NCBI GenBank assembly: GCA_964358485.1
Contig: CAYHPY010000004.1
Location: 10,796-74,795 of the forward strand
Length of the DNA stretch: 64,000 nt
DNA from: an uncultured Elusimicrobia bacterium
GTDB lineage: Bacteria > Elusimicrobiota > Elusimicrobia > UBA1565 > UBA9628
Reading direction: 5' to 3'
Positions 18,179 to 27,571 of the stretch are shown here, one piece after another. The notes beneath the pieces were generated by a model. The model was given only the letters and a program-made list of their open reading frames with translations. It was not told the DNA's origin and did not search any database. Position 1 is the stretch's first letter. Every line of letters starts with the position of its first letter. Made by a program: the position numbers and the translations under genes.

Positions 18179-18862
18179 ATGAAGGCCCAAATTCTGGTCG
18201 TGGAAGACCAGGCCGCGACTTCCGAACTCATCTGCGACATCCTCAAGGAAGAGGGCTACGAGGTCCAGACCGTGGACACCGTCGCGGGCGCCAAGACCAG
18301 CCTCAAGCGGGCCGCCCCGGAGCTTTTGATTTTGGACCGGACCTTGCCGGACGGAGACGGCCTCGACCTCTGCAAAGAGCTTCGCGGCGAGGAAAAATTT
18401 CACTCCTTGCCGGTTTTGATCCTGACCGCCCGAAAGAGCGTGGAGGACAAGGTCTCCGGCCTCAAGGGCGGGGCCGACGATTACCTGGCCAAGCCCTTCA
18501 GCACGGAGGAACTCGTCGCCCGCGTCGGCGCGCTCCTGCGCCGCGCCGGGCGGGTGGAGGAACCCGCCACCCAGAAAGCCGGGGACCTGACCCTCAACCG
18601 CGAGTCCCGCAAGGCCTTCTCCGGGGGAAAGGAGATCGGCCTGAGCGCCAAGGAATTCGACCTGCTTTGGTTTCTCATGCTCCGGCGCAACCGGGTCCTC
18701 ACCCGGGACTTTCTCCTGCAGCATGTCTGGGGCTATGAGGAGGGCCTCAACCTCACCACCAAGGTCGTCGACGTCACCATGAGCCACCTGCGCGACAAGC
18801 TGGGCCCCTTGGCCTCGATGATCTCCGCCGTCCGCGGCTTCGGCTACCGCCTCGACGCCTAA
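18179..18862 (+). CDS. OmpR-family two-component response regulator (orphan; no adjacent histidine kinase)
   Basis: A receiver domain (VVEDQ...LILDRTLPDGDG...DDYLAKPF) is followed by a winged-helix trans_reg_C domain (LSAKEFDLLWFLMLRRNRVLTRDFLLQHVWG). Confidence 0.92.
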   Translation: MKAQILVVEDQAATSELICDILKEEGYEVQTVDTVAGAKTSLKRAAPELLILDRTLPDGDGLDLCKELRGEEKFHSLPVLILTARKSVEDKVSGLKGGADDYLAKPFSTEELVARVGALLRRAGRVEEPATQKAGDLTLNRESRKAFSGGKEIGLSAKEFDLLWFLMLRRNRVLTRDFLLQHVWGYEEGLNLTTKVVDVTMSHLRDKLGPLASMISAVRGFGYRLDA

Positions 18863-18866
18863 ATTA

Positions 18867-18915
18867 GGGACACCCCCCATTTTTACCATTGAATGGTAAA
18901 AATGGGGGGTGTCCC
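18867..18915. terminator. bidirectional intrinsic terminator: perfect palindrome with 24-bp stem
   Basis: GGGACACCCCCCATTTTTACCATT-g-AATGGTAAAAATGGGGGGTGTCCC lies between convergent genes (response regulator + and spermidine-synthase-like -). AAUUUA-type tails flank it on both strands. Confidence 0.7.
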
Positions 18916-18919
18916 CAAT

Positions 18920-20365
18920 TTAACGGCGGAGGTACTTGGCCACCAGCCACTCGACCGGGGCGCGGTCGTCGGTGAGCTCCTGGCCGGGGCGGCAGGCGAG
19001 CATGTCGGCCCCGATTCCGGTTTCGAAGCCCGTTCCCTCCAGAATATTCTTGGAGAGAACACCATCGGGGCGGTTTCCCGCGACGAGGATGACGTTCTGC
19101 ACTCCCCGGCCGAGCCCGTGGATGGGATGCAGGCGGACCTCAGGAAACTCCGCGGACAGGGACTGGGCGATCGCGCAGAGCAGTCCCTCCTTCTCCAGCA
19201 CGTCGCCGATCACGTTGAGCCCCAGGATTCCGTCGGACTTGAGCCCCCGGCGGACTTCCGCGAAAAACTCGCGGGTGGTGAGGTGGAAGGGAATCGACAT
19301 GACGCCCTGGTAGGCGTCCACGAAAACCCCGTCCAGGCTGGCGGCCTCGCCGCGCAGGGCCTGGCGTCCGTCGGCCACGCGGGTGCTCAGATTGGGGGCT
19401 TCCCCGGCCCGGAAATATTTCCGGGCCACGGCGTCGACGACCGGGTCGACCTCCGCCACGATGACGGAAGCCGCGGGCAGGGCCTCGGCCGCGCGCAGGG
19501 GCATGCTGAAGGCCCCGCCGCCGATGAAGAGCAGGCGCGCGGCCGCCTTGGGACCGAGAATGTTCGGAAACAACCGCCAGGCGCGGGTATACTCGAACAC
19601 CATTTCCTTGTCGGCCAGGCGCATCGCTCCCTCGTGCGTGCTGTCGAGCATCATCAAGCGGGTCAAGTCCGCCCCGGCGCCCTGCTCGAAAACCCGGACC
19701 AGCTGGTAGGAGGACTCCTTGGAGAAGACCGGTTCGGCGTCCATGTAGCTGACGGGCCGGGCGTTGGCGCGGGCGGCGCCGACCAGAGCCAGCGCGTAAA
19801 CGGCGACGGCCGCGGAGGCCTTGCCCCAGGAGGCCCCGCCCAGAAAGACGCGCAGGCCGAGGGCCAGGACGGCCAGGCCGACGCCGATGGCGGCGAAAAG
19901 CCCGCGCACCCCGTAGGCGGGGATCAGCCAAAAAACCGTGGCCATCGTCCCCAGGATGCTTCCCGCCGCGGCCAGGGCCGAACCGACGCCCGAGGCCACC
20001 GAGGGACTGCGCCCCTGGGCCGTCCAGATGCCGACGACCACCGGAGAAAGACCCGCCAACGCGGCGGCGGGCAGGCCGAACACCGCGAAACAACCGAAGA
20101 GGGGGGGATAAACCGACGGGGAGCCCGAAGGCGCCAGCAAAAGCAGGTCCGCCGCCCAGGGCACGCAGGACACCAGGAGCCCGGAGGCCAGCAACTCGGC
20201 GAAGGCCAAGGACGGCCGGTTTTTCGAGCGCTCGGAGAGCCAACCGCCCGCCAGATACCCGAGGAACAACCCCGCCACGATGATGGCGATGACCGAGGAC
20301 CAGGTGAAGACGGTGTTGCCGAAACGCGGGAACAGCAGACGCGTGGCCAGAAGCTCCACGCCCAT
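18920..20365 (-). CDS. spermidine/spermine synthase-family aminopropyltransferase fused to an N-terminal polytopic membrane domain
   Basis: The N-terminal ~190 aa are multi-TM. The C-terminal domain (LLFIGGGAFSMP...VIVAEVDPVV...GVFVDAYQG) is a class-I SAM/dcSAM-binding spermidine-synthase-like fold. Confidence 0.7.
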   Translation of the reverse strand: MGVELLATRLLFPRFGNTVFTWSSVIAIIVAGLFLGYLAGGWLSERSKNRPSLAFAELLASGLLVSCVPWAADLLLLAPSGSPSVYPPLFGCFAVFGLPAAALAGLSPVVVGIWTAQGRSPSVASGVGSALAAAGSILGTMATVFWLIPAYGVRGLFAAIGVGLAVLALGLRVFLGGASWGKASAAVAVYALALVGAARANARPVSYMDAEPVFSKESSYQLVRVFEQGAGADLTRLMMLDSTHEGAMRLADKEMVFEYTRAWRLFPNILGPKAAARLLFIGGGAFSMPLRAAEALPAASVIVAEVDPVVDAVARKYFRAGEAPNLSTRVADGRQALRGEAASLDGVFVDAYQGVMSIPFHLTTREFFAEVRRGLKSDGILGLNVIGDVLEKEGLLCAIAQSLSAEFPEVRLHPIHGLGRGVQNVILVAGNRPDGVLSKNILEGTGFETGIGADMLACRPGQELTDDRAPVEWLVAKYLRR

Positions 20366-20426
20366 GACGGCGGCGTTGGTCCCCAGGACGCAGAGGGCGA
20401 GCCAAAAATCCCCCAGGCCGATCTTC

Positions 20427-21335
20427 TTAATGGCAGTCCCCCAGGAAGTCCCCGAGCCGGGTCTTCAAAAAATCCTCCAGGGTGTCCTGGACGAGCCCCA
20501 ACCTTTGGCGGGACACGCGGTCGACCGAATCCCGCGTGGTGTGCCATTGAGGATAGCCCCAGCCGATGATGAGGATCGCGGGAATCCCGGCTTGGCTGAG
20601 GGGCACGTGGTCGTCGCCGATGGCGCCTTGGGGCTTGCGGCTGAAGGCGGGGGACTTGGCGGCGCCGATTTCCCAAACGGCGTCCGCCAGCGCCGGATGC
20701 AGGCGGGCCGACGCGGCCTCGATCCTGAAATCGGTCTCCGGGGAACCCACCATGTCGAGGATTATCCCGAATTTGGCCTTCCCCTTCAACCCGGGGGACA
20801 GCCCGCGGGCGTAATGCTCCGAGCCTTTGCAATAACCTCCGACCCCCGGGTAGCCCATTTCCTCCCCGTCGAAAAGGACCACGTCGGCGCCGACCGTCGG
20901 CGGGAGAAGGGAGGCCAGGCGCCCGGCCAGCGCCAGGACCACGGCCGTGCCGGAGGTGCCGTCATTGGCCCCGGGGATCGGCCGGGACCGCAGCGCCGGG
21001 TCCGGGTCCTCCTCCGCGGCGTGCCGGGTGTCGAAATGGGAGCCGATTAAAAAGCGGCACGGCGCATCGGGGCGGAACTTTCCCACCAGGTTGACCATGT
21101 CCCACGACTTTCCGCTGCGCGGGTCCGCGGCGGTGAATTCCTGCCGCTCGACCGAGAGCTTTCTCTCCCGCATGAGCCGCGCGAGCAGGGCCACCGCCTC
21201 CTTCCTCCGGGGCGCCCCCGCGTAACGCTGTCCGAAGGAGGCCAACTTTTTGACCAGGCGATGAGCTTCGGCGCCGGCCGGGGCCGCGCGCGCCGGAAGC
21301 GCCGCCAGGGCCCACGCCAGAACGATCGCCCTCAT
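20427..21335 (-). CDS. secreted M28-family zinc peptidase (aminopeptidase/glutaminyl-cyclase-like)
   Basis: The start MRAIVLAWALAALPARA is inferred. The metal-binding motifs GSHFDTRH, GANDGTSG and LFDGEEMG are present. Confidence 0.78.
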   Translation of the reverse strand: MRAIVLAWALAALPARAAPAGAEAHRLVKKLASFGQRYAGAPRRKEAVALLARLMRERKLSVERQEFTAADPRSGKSWDMVNLVGKFRPDAPCRFLIGSHFDTRHAAEEDPDPALRSRPIPGANDGTSGTAVVLALAGRLASLLPPTVGADVVLFDGEEMGYPGVGGYCKGSEHYARGLSPGLKGKAKFGIILDMVGSPETDFRIEAASARLHPALADAVWEIGAAKSPAFSRKPQGAIGDDHVPLSQAGIPAILIIGWGYPQWHTTRDSVDRVSRQRLGLVQDTLEDFLKTRLGDFLGDCH

Positions 21336-22873
21336 CGCCCCGCCCCCGCGAGCCTTTTGTGTTCGAGGATCGCGGCGCGGGCTTGGTCCATCCACGCCCG
21401 GGTGTCCCATTTCCCCAGCCGGCCGTCCAGGGCCCGGGCCAGGTCATGGATGAAGATCCCTTGGGCCCGTCCGTCGCCGAAAACGCGTTTGGCGGCCTCC
21501 AAGGTCCGCCTTCGAAGCGCCGCGGGACCGGAGGGATCCCGCTGGTGCAGGGGCCAATCCACGATGTCTCCGACCATGAGCTGGGCGTCGCCCCGGCGGA
21601 CATAGGAGCCCCAATCCTTGAGGATCATCCGGAACTGGTCTTCATCGGCCTCGTACATCATCAGGGCGTCAATGTCGACCCCGGCGTCGTTGAACATCAC
21701 CGGATCCTGCCCGTGGTGCCAGCCCTTGTCCCAGGTCAAGGTAAACGCCCAGAGGGGCTTGGCGCCGACCTCGGCCTTGATATTCCGGATGATCCGGCCC
21801 ACCGCGTGGGCCCGCCACCATTGCCAGGCGTCGACGAACGGCAGGTCGCGCCTCATCCCTTTTTTTCGGGCGAAGTAAACCATCTTTTCCGAAACGCTCA
21901 AGCGGCCCCAATCCGGGGGCGGGGAGACTCCGGGCATTTCGGCGTAAAAATCCTCCGCCAGTTCGCAGCCGCCCAGGGCGTTGCGGATGTAGTCGAGCCC
22001 CACGAAATCCACCTCCGGAATCCGGGCGAAGCGCTTGAGCAGAGCCGCGACGTCCCGGATTCGATTTTCATCGCGCAGGGAAATCGCCCGCGTTTTCTCG
22101 GGGACGCCCTCGGAGACCTCCACGGCGTATTCATACCTGGCCAACCGGCGGGCCGAGGAGGCGGTCAAATAGGCCTTGGCGTAAACTCCGAACTGGAGCC
22201 CGCGGCGCCGGCACTCCCGGCCCATTTCCGGGATGACGGCGAAATTGGTGGAGACCCAAACCTCGTCGGCCCCCTCTCCCGGGGTTTCTCCGGCCAGAAT
22301 CCAAAAGGCGTCGGCCCCCGCGTACTCCACCCAATCCAGGAGCCCCTTCCAATCCTTGAGCGTCCCGTCCGGAGATCGCACCTTCATCTCACGGAAGGAG
22401 GCCATGCTTTCCCATGTGAGGACCGCATAGCCCTCCGGGATGGGGATCGGACGCCGGCGGCCGATTCGGAATTTCCCGGCCGTCACCCGGCTCCCCAGCT
22501 CCCCGCCGCCGACGAGCTCCAGGGCGTACTCCCCGGCCGGGGCGTTCCAGGGGCATGGCCAACCGCCCCGGAAGGAGCCCGACCCCGCGTCCAATCGCAG
22601 GGGCGCCTCGATCAAGCCGCCGATGGTCTCGACCCGCCGCCCGTTGTAGAGCACCGCCGCGCGGGGAGGCCGGGCTTTCCAGCGTGACACGAGGGCGGGA
22701 TCGCGAGCGCGAAGCTCGAAAGAAACGATTTCGTCGTGGAGAAATTCGGCCTTCGAGGCCGAGAGGCTTGCCCCGCCCATCCAACTCCGCCAGGCCGAGC
22801 GCCCCCCGAAGACGACGCCGTAGAAGAGCGCCAGTCCAAGAAGGAATTTTCTTCCGCGGCCGTCGCTTTTCAT
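21332..22873 (-). CDS. hypothetical exported protein, possible glycoside-hydrolase-like TIM-barrel (GHL10/DUF4015-like)
   Basis: A 513-aa protein with an N-terminal hydrophobic segment. Weak family recall only. It overlaps the M28 gene by 4 nt. Confidence 0.35.
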   Translation of the reverse strand: MKSDGRGRKFLLGLALFYGVVFGGRSAWRSWMGGASLSASKAEFLHDEIVSFELRARDPALVSRWKARPPRAAVLYNGRRVETIGGLIEAPLRLDAGSGSFRGGWPCPWNAPAGEYALELVGGGELGSRVTAGKFRIGRRRPIPIPEGYAVLTWESMASFREMKVRSPDGTLKDWKGLLDWVEYAGADAFWILAGETPGEGADEVWVSTNFAVIPEMGRECRRRGLQFGVYAKAYLTASSARRLARYEYAVEVSEGVPEKTRAISLRDENRIRDVAALLKRFARIPEVDFVGLDYIRNALGGCELAEDFYAEMPGVSPPPDWGRLSVSEKMVYFARKKGMRRDLPFVDAWQWWRAHAVGRIIRNIKAEVGAKPLWAFTLTWDKGWHHGQDPVMFNDAGVDIDALMMYEADEDQFRMILKDWGSYVRRGDAQLMVGDIVDWPLHQRDPSGPAALRRRTLEAAKRVFGDGRAQGIFIHDLARALDGRLGKWDTRAWMDQARAAILEHKRLAGAGR

Positions 22874-22903
22874 GCTCTAGGCATCCATAATACAATATCG
22901 TCG

Positions 22904-24169
22904 ATGAGGCGGCTTCCGCTGTATCTCACCTTCAACGCGGCCCTGGCCGCGGCGGTGGCCTGCGTGATCCTGGCGGCCTTCCGCTCCGGCTCCTCCGAAC
23001 AGGCGAACCACACGACCCTGCTGGACCAGGCCCTGACCTCGACCATAGAGGATTGGGCCAATCGCGGCGTTCCGCCCGAGGAACGGCTCCTGACGATCCT
23101 CGTCCGGGAGCCCCTGACCGATAGCGGCCTTCTGGAGACCTCGCCGCGGCCCGGCGTGGCGGGCCTGCTGCTTCGGGCCGTCTTGCGGGACGGGCTAGGG
23201 TCCGAGGCCGGCGCCGAAACCCTTTCCGCGGCCCTGGCCAAGGGAACGCGCCCCTTTCTGGACTGGAAGGCGGAGTCCATCCTTTGGAATTCGGCTGAAA
23301 AAACCCGGACGGCCGCCCTGGCCGGACATTTGACGCGCGCCCATCAGGCGGGGGCACGGATCACCGTCGTCTCCCAAGGGCACGGGGCGGAAATCGCCCT
23401 GGAGGCCCTCGCCTCCGTCCGGGGGCGGGCCTCCGCCGAAAAATTGCTCATTCTCGGCCGCGGGCGAAGCTCCCTCCAAAAAAACCCCGGGATTCGCGCC
23501 TACCTCGAGCGCCCGGCCAACGTCCGGGAGACGATCTGCGTGTGGGCTCAAGGTCTGGCCCCGATGCCGGGCAAGCGCCTGGCCGGAAGCGTCCAATTGG
23601 AACTGCTCCCCCAATCCGGACTTTGGACCCGCCTCTCCGGGAACGCGCTCCTGATCCGGGAGGAGGGCTCGAGCGCTTTTTCCGAGGAAGACATGCTCCG
23701 AGCCTTGGCCGACCTCGGCCGCTCCGACCGATCCATGGAAGAAGCGCTCCTCTTGTCCGGCGCCCTGCCCCCCAACGCCACCGGCGCCTGGAAAGGGCTC
23801 TATCATTATCCGCCCCTTCGCAAGGACGGCACGCCCTACAACAAAGCCCCGGTGCCATTCTCGGCGAAGCTCACCCAGGTGGGGGAGCGCCTGGAGGGAA
23901 ATATCTCCGAACCGCAAACATTCGGACCCATCCCGGCGGCAGTCCTGAAATCCTACCTGGTCAACGGCCTGGTGGACCGGGCGGGCAACGTCCGCTTCAT
24001 CAAGAAGTACGACGGCTCGGGCGGGGTCGAGCACGCGGTCACCTATAAAGGAACCCTGGCCCGGGACGGCAAAAGGATGGAGGGAACCTGGCTCCTCCTC
24101 AACGGCAGCGAAGGGAAGTTCGAACTCGAGAAGTCGTCGGAGCCGGCGGCTACTCGTCCCGGTCCGTGA
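22904..24169 (+). CDS. hypothetical membrane-anchored protein
   Basis: The start MRRLPLYLTFNAALAAAVACVILAAF is inferred. The 56 upstream codons in the track ORF span the divergent promoter. No confident family. Confidence 0.45.
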   Translation: MRRLPLYLTFNAALAAAVACVILAAFRSGSSEQANHTTLLDQALTSTIEDWANRGVPPEERLLTILVREPLTDSGLLETSPRPGVAGLLLRAVLRDGLGSEAGAETLSAALAKGTRPFLDWKAESILWNSAEKTRTAALAGHLTRAHQAGARITVVSQGHGAEIALEALASVRGRASAEKLLILGRGRSSLQKNPGIRAYLERPANVRETICVWAQGLAPMPGKRLAGSVQLELLPQSGLWTRLSGNALLIREEGSSAFSEEDMLRALADLGRSDRSMEEALLLSGALPPNATGAWKGLYHYPPLRKDGTPYNKAPVPFSAKLTQVGERLEGNISEPQTFGPIPAAVLKSYLVNGLVDRAGNVRFIKKYDGSGGVEHAVTYKGTLARDGKRMEGTWLLLNGSEGKFELEKSSEPAATRPGP

Positions 24170-25214
24170 GCGCGTAAACGGCGAACTGGGGAACCCAGTG
24201 GCCGTAGGCCCCGTAATCGGCCCCGTGCACGGCGTGATCGGCCAGGCCCCGCTTCATGTGCTCTCCGTAGGCGCGGGTGAAGCGCTCCCGAAGCGCCGGG
24301 TCGGACGCCTTGCGGCCCAGGGCCTTCAAGGCCCAGGCCCGGCTCCAGTTCATCCCGAAATGATGGGCGGTGGGTTTTGGTACCGCCGCCAGGCGGTGGG
24401 GAAAAGGTATTAATCGCTCGACGGGAGCCAATTCCGTCTCCGGGAAATCCCGTTGAGCGATTAATGCATTCACTTGTTCCGTTGTCCCAGCCGTTGTTAT
24501 GAAGTAGCTCCATACCCCAAACGGCGAAAAAAACTCGGCGATCGACCGATCATCCCCAAACCCCGGACCCCCTTTTCCCAGAAAGCCTTTTTCCAAATGC
24601 CTTTTCACCGCTTCCTTGCCCGCCTCATTTCCATCGAAAACGAACCAATCATGAAGCCGAGCCAGCGCCCAGGAAGCGTTGAGATACTCCCTGGAATGCG
24701 GCGTCGGGGGGAATTTCTCATAGTAGCCCAACATCGAGGCCGCGGTCTCGCGCGCCAACGGCCGCAGCCGCTCCGGGTCGGACGCGCCCGTCTCCTTGGC
24801 CCACCGGCCATGCTCGGAGGCCAACAGCAAAAACCAGGCCCGGCCATAGGGCATCTCGAAGGCGGGATTCTCCCGGAGCATGGAGGCTTCCTTGGCCACG
24901 CTTTGGGGACTCAGCGAACGGTCCGCCGCCAGGGCCGCCGCGCGCGTTCCCCGCCCGGCCCGGGCGATCCTCAGCAGGGCCCAATGGCCGTGGACCGCCG
25001 AATGCCAGTCATAACAGCCGTGGAAGGCCGCGAATTTCGTGTCCCGGCGGTCGATGTGGGAGGCGATCATGACGGAGAAAGCGTCCAAAGCCTCCTCCGG
25101 AGTGGCCAGGACGGCGGGAGGTTCGACGGGCGAAGGCCGTCGGGCGGGGGAGACGCAGGCCCCCAAGACGCCCGCCGCCGCCAGAACGGCCCCCCGCCGA
25201 GCCCAATTTTTCAT
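24150..25214 (-). CDS. DUF2891-like lipoprotein (hypothetical)
   Basis: It has a lipobox (LGAC) and the motif HGCYDWHSAVHGHW. Its 3' end overlaps the convergent upstream gene by 20 nt. Confidence 0.5.
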   Translation of the reverse strand: MKNWARRGAVLAAAGVLGACVSPARRPSPVEPPAVLATPEEALDAFSVMIASHIDRRDTKFAAFHGCYDWHSAVHGHWALLRIARAGRGTRAAALAADRSLSPQSVAKEASMLRENPAFEMPYGRAWFLLLASEHGRWAKETGASDPERLRPLARETAASMLGYYEKFPPTPHSREYLNASWALARLHDWFVFDGNEAGKEAVKRHLEKGFLGKGGPGFGDDRSIAEFFSPFGVWSYFITTAGTTEQVNALIAQRDFPETELAPVERLIPFPHRLAAVPKPTAHHFGMNWSRAWALKALGRKASDPALRERFTRAYGEHMKRGLADHAVHGADYGAYGHWVPQFAVYALTDRDE

Positions 25215-25309
25215 CCCGCGATGATACGAAATTTTTTCGAATGAATTTGATATACTCCGGGCTGCCCGCGATTGCGGCGAACCTGATTATAGGAAGGGAG
25301 ACAGGCGAA

Positions 25310-25543
25310 ATGGTGACCGGATTGGTGTTGGTGCGGCTGATGTCGGGAAAGGAAAAGGTAGCCTTGAGCCGGATCAAGGAAGTCCCCGGAGTGGCGCACG
25401 TGACGGCCGTCTTCGGGCGCTGGGATCTGGTTTTGGACATCGAGACCGACGATCTGGCCACGCTCTCCAACGTCGTGGTTCGGGGAATCCGCTCGGTCCC
25501 GGGGGTTCTCTCCACCGAGAGCCTCGTGACGACCGCGATTTAA
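25310..25543 (+). CDS. AsnC/Lrp-family ligand-binding (RAM) domain-only protein
   Basis: The ~78-aa product MVTGLVLVRL...VTAVFGRWDLVLDIETDDL matches the Lrp C-terminal RAM domain and lacks an HTH. A GGAGACAGG RBS precedes it. Confidence 0.6.
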   Translation: MVTGLVLVRLMSGKEKVALSRIKEVPGVAHVTAVFGRWDLVLDIETDDLATLSNVVVRGIRSVPGVLSTESLVTTAI

Positions 25544-25552
25544 GCGTCCCCG

Positions 25553-26557
25553 GTGCAACCAGTCCTTTCGATCCGGGGCCTTCGAACCCACTTCAAGACC
25601 GAAGCCGGCGTCGTCCGCGCCGTGGATGGGGTCACCTATGACCTTCTGCCCGGAAAAACCCTGGCCGTTGTCGGCGAGTCCGGCTCCGGCAAGAGCGTCC
25701 ACGCGCTTTCCATCCTCCGCCTGCTTCCGATGCCGCCGGCGGAGATCGTCTCCGGAGAGATCCTATTTCAGGGCCGCGACCTCCTCAAGATGGGCCCCGA
25801 GGAGCTCCGCAAGATCCGGGGCAACCGAATCGCCATGATCTTCCAGGAGCCGATGACCTCGCTCAACCCCGTCCTCAAGGTGGGCGAGCAGATCGCGGAA
25901 TCCCTGATCTGCCACCAAGGGGTCTCCTTCGAGCACGCGATGAAGAAAGCCATCGAGTTGCTTAAGAAAGTGGGCATTCCCCATCCCGAGGAGCGGGTCC
26001 AGGATTACCCCCACCAGTTCTCGGGCGGGATGCGCCAGCGAGCGATGATCGCCATCGCCCTGGCCTGCAAGCCGGACATCCTGATCGCCGACGAACCGAC
26101 CACCGCCCTGGACGTCACCATTCAGGCCCAGATCCTGGAACTGATGAAGGAGCTTCAAAAGGAATACCGGATGGCCATCATCCTCATCACCCACAACATC
26201 GGCGTGGTGGCGGAGATGGCCGACGACGTGGCCGTCATGTACGCGGGACGCCAGGTCGAATTCGGCCCCGTGGGGGAAATCTTCAAGAACCCCCTGCACC
26301 CCTACACCCAGGGCCTGCTCAATTCAGTGCCTTCCATCTACACCCGCAAGGAACGCCTGGAGGCCATCCCCGGCCAGCCGCCGGAGCTCAGCGCCGAGTT
26401 CAAGAACTGCCCGTTCGTGGTCCGCTGCGCCTGCGCCGAGGAGCGCTGCAGGACCCAGGACCCGCCCCAATTCCACCTCGGGGGACGAATGTCCAATTGC
26501 TGGCGGCAGGAAGCCGACTGGAAGCAGACCTCCCACCGGTACGGAGACTCGAAGTGA
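25553..26557 (+). CDS. oligopeptide/dipeptide ABC transporter ATP-binding protein (OppD/DppD type)
   Basis: Walker A GESGSGKS, signature FSGGMRQR and the oligopeptide C-terminal extension with Cys cluster are present. Confidence 0.93.
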   Translation: MQPVLSIRGLRTHFKTEAGVVRAVDGVTYDLLPGKTLAVVGESGSGKSVHALSILRLLPMPPAEIVSGEILFQGRDLLKMGPEELRKIRGNRIAMIFQEPMTSLNPVLKVGEQIAESLICHQGVSFEHAMKKAIELLKKVGIPHPEERVQDYPHQFSGGMRQRAMIAIALACKPDILIADEPTTALDVTIQAQILELMKELQKEYRMAIILITHNIGVVAEMADDVAVMYAGRQVEFGPVGEIFKNPLHPYTQGLLNSVPSIYTRKERLEAIPGQPPELSAEFKNCPFVVRCACAEERCRTQDPPQFHLGGRMSNCWRQEADWKQTSHRYGDSK

Positions 26558-27570
26558 CCCCGCTGCTCGAAGTCAAGGACCTCAAGAAGCACTTCTCCTC
26601 GCGCAAGGGGCTTTTCGGGGAGGTCGGCACCGTCAAGGCCGTCGACGGCATCAGCTTTTCGGTGTTCCCCAAGGAGAGCTTCGCGGTGGTGGGGGAGTCG
26701 GGCTGCGGAAAAACCACTTTGGGGAAATTGATCCTGGCCCTGGAGCGGCCCACGGGGGGACAGGTGATTTTCCAGGGCAAGGACCTCCACACCATTTCGG
26801 CGGGTTCTCTGCGCGCCCTGCGCAAGGACATCCAGGTCATTTTTCAGGACCCCTTCTCCAGCCTCAACCCCCGCATGACGGTCGAAGACATCCTGAGCGA
26901 GCCCTTCGAGATCCACGGCCTGCTCCCGAATTCCGCCGACCGCCACAAGAAGCTTCTGCGACTCCTGAGCGTCGTCGGCCTGGCCAAATCCCATCTCAAG
27001 CGCCATCCCCACGAATTTTCCGGCGGCCAGCGCCAACGGGTGGGCATCGCGCGGGCCCTGGCCTTGGACCCAAAGCTCATCGTCGCCGACGAGCCGGTGT
27101 CGGCCCTGGACGTCTCGATCCAGGCCCAGATCCTGAACCTGCTCAAGGACCTTCAAAAGGAGTTGAGCCTCACCTACCTTTTCATCTCCCACGACTTCTC
27201 CGTGGTGCGCCACCTCTGCAACCGGATCGCGGTCATGTACCTGGGACGGATGGTGGAGCTGTCCGAATCGGAAATCCTCTTCAAGGACCCGCAGCACCCC
27301 TACACCGAGGCCCTGCTCTCGGCGGTCCCGGTTCCCGACCCCGCCATCGAAAAGCGCCGCCAGCGCGTGCTTTTGACCGGCGACGTCCCCAGCCCGCTGG
27401 ATCCTCCCTCCGGCTGCCGCTTCCATCCCCGCTGCCGCTACGCGCTCCCCGCGTGCGGTTCAGACGTCCCGCCCCTGGCCGAGCTCAAGGATCGTCCCGG
27501 ACATTTCGCCGCCTGCCCCGTCGCCCCGTTCGGCCGCCAACGGAGCAAATGCGCCCTCGTGGAGCTATAA
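26554..27570 (+). CDS. oligopeptide/dipeptide ABC transporter ATP-binding protein (OppF/DppF type)
   Basis: A GTG start overlaps the upstream stop (GTGA). Walker A GESGCGKTT, signature FSGGQRQR and C-terminal CRFHPRCRYALPAC are present. Confidence 0.9.
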   Translation: MTPLLEVKDLKKHFSSRKGLFGEVGTVKAVDGISFSVFPKESFAVVGESGCGKTTLGKLILALERPTGGQVIFQGKDLHTISAGSLRALRKDIQVIFQDPFSSLNPRMTVEDILSEPFEIHGLLPNSADRHKKLLRLLSVVGLAKSHLKRHPHEFSGGQRQRVGIARALALDPKLIVADEPVSALDVSIQAQILNLLKDLQKELSLTYLFISHDFSVVRHLCNRIAVMYLGRMVELSESEILFKDPQHPYTEALLSAVPVPDPAIEKRRQRVLLTGDVPSPLDPPSGCRFHPRCRYALPACGSDVPPLAELKDRPGHFAACPVAPFGRQRSKCALVEL

Positions 27571-27571
27571 C

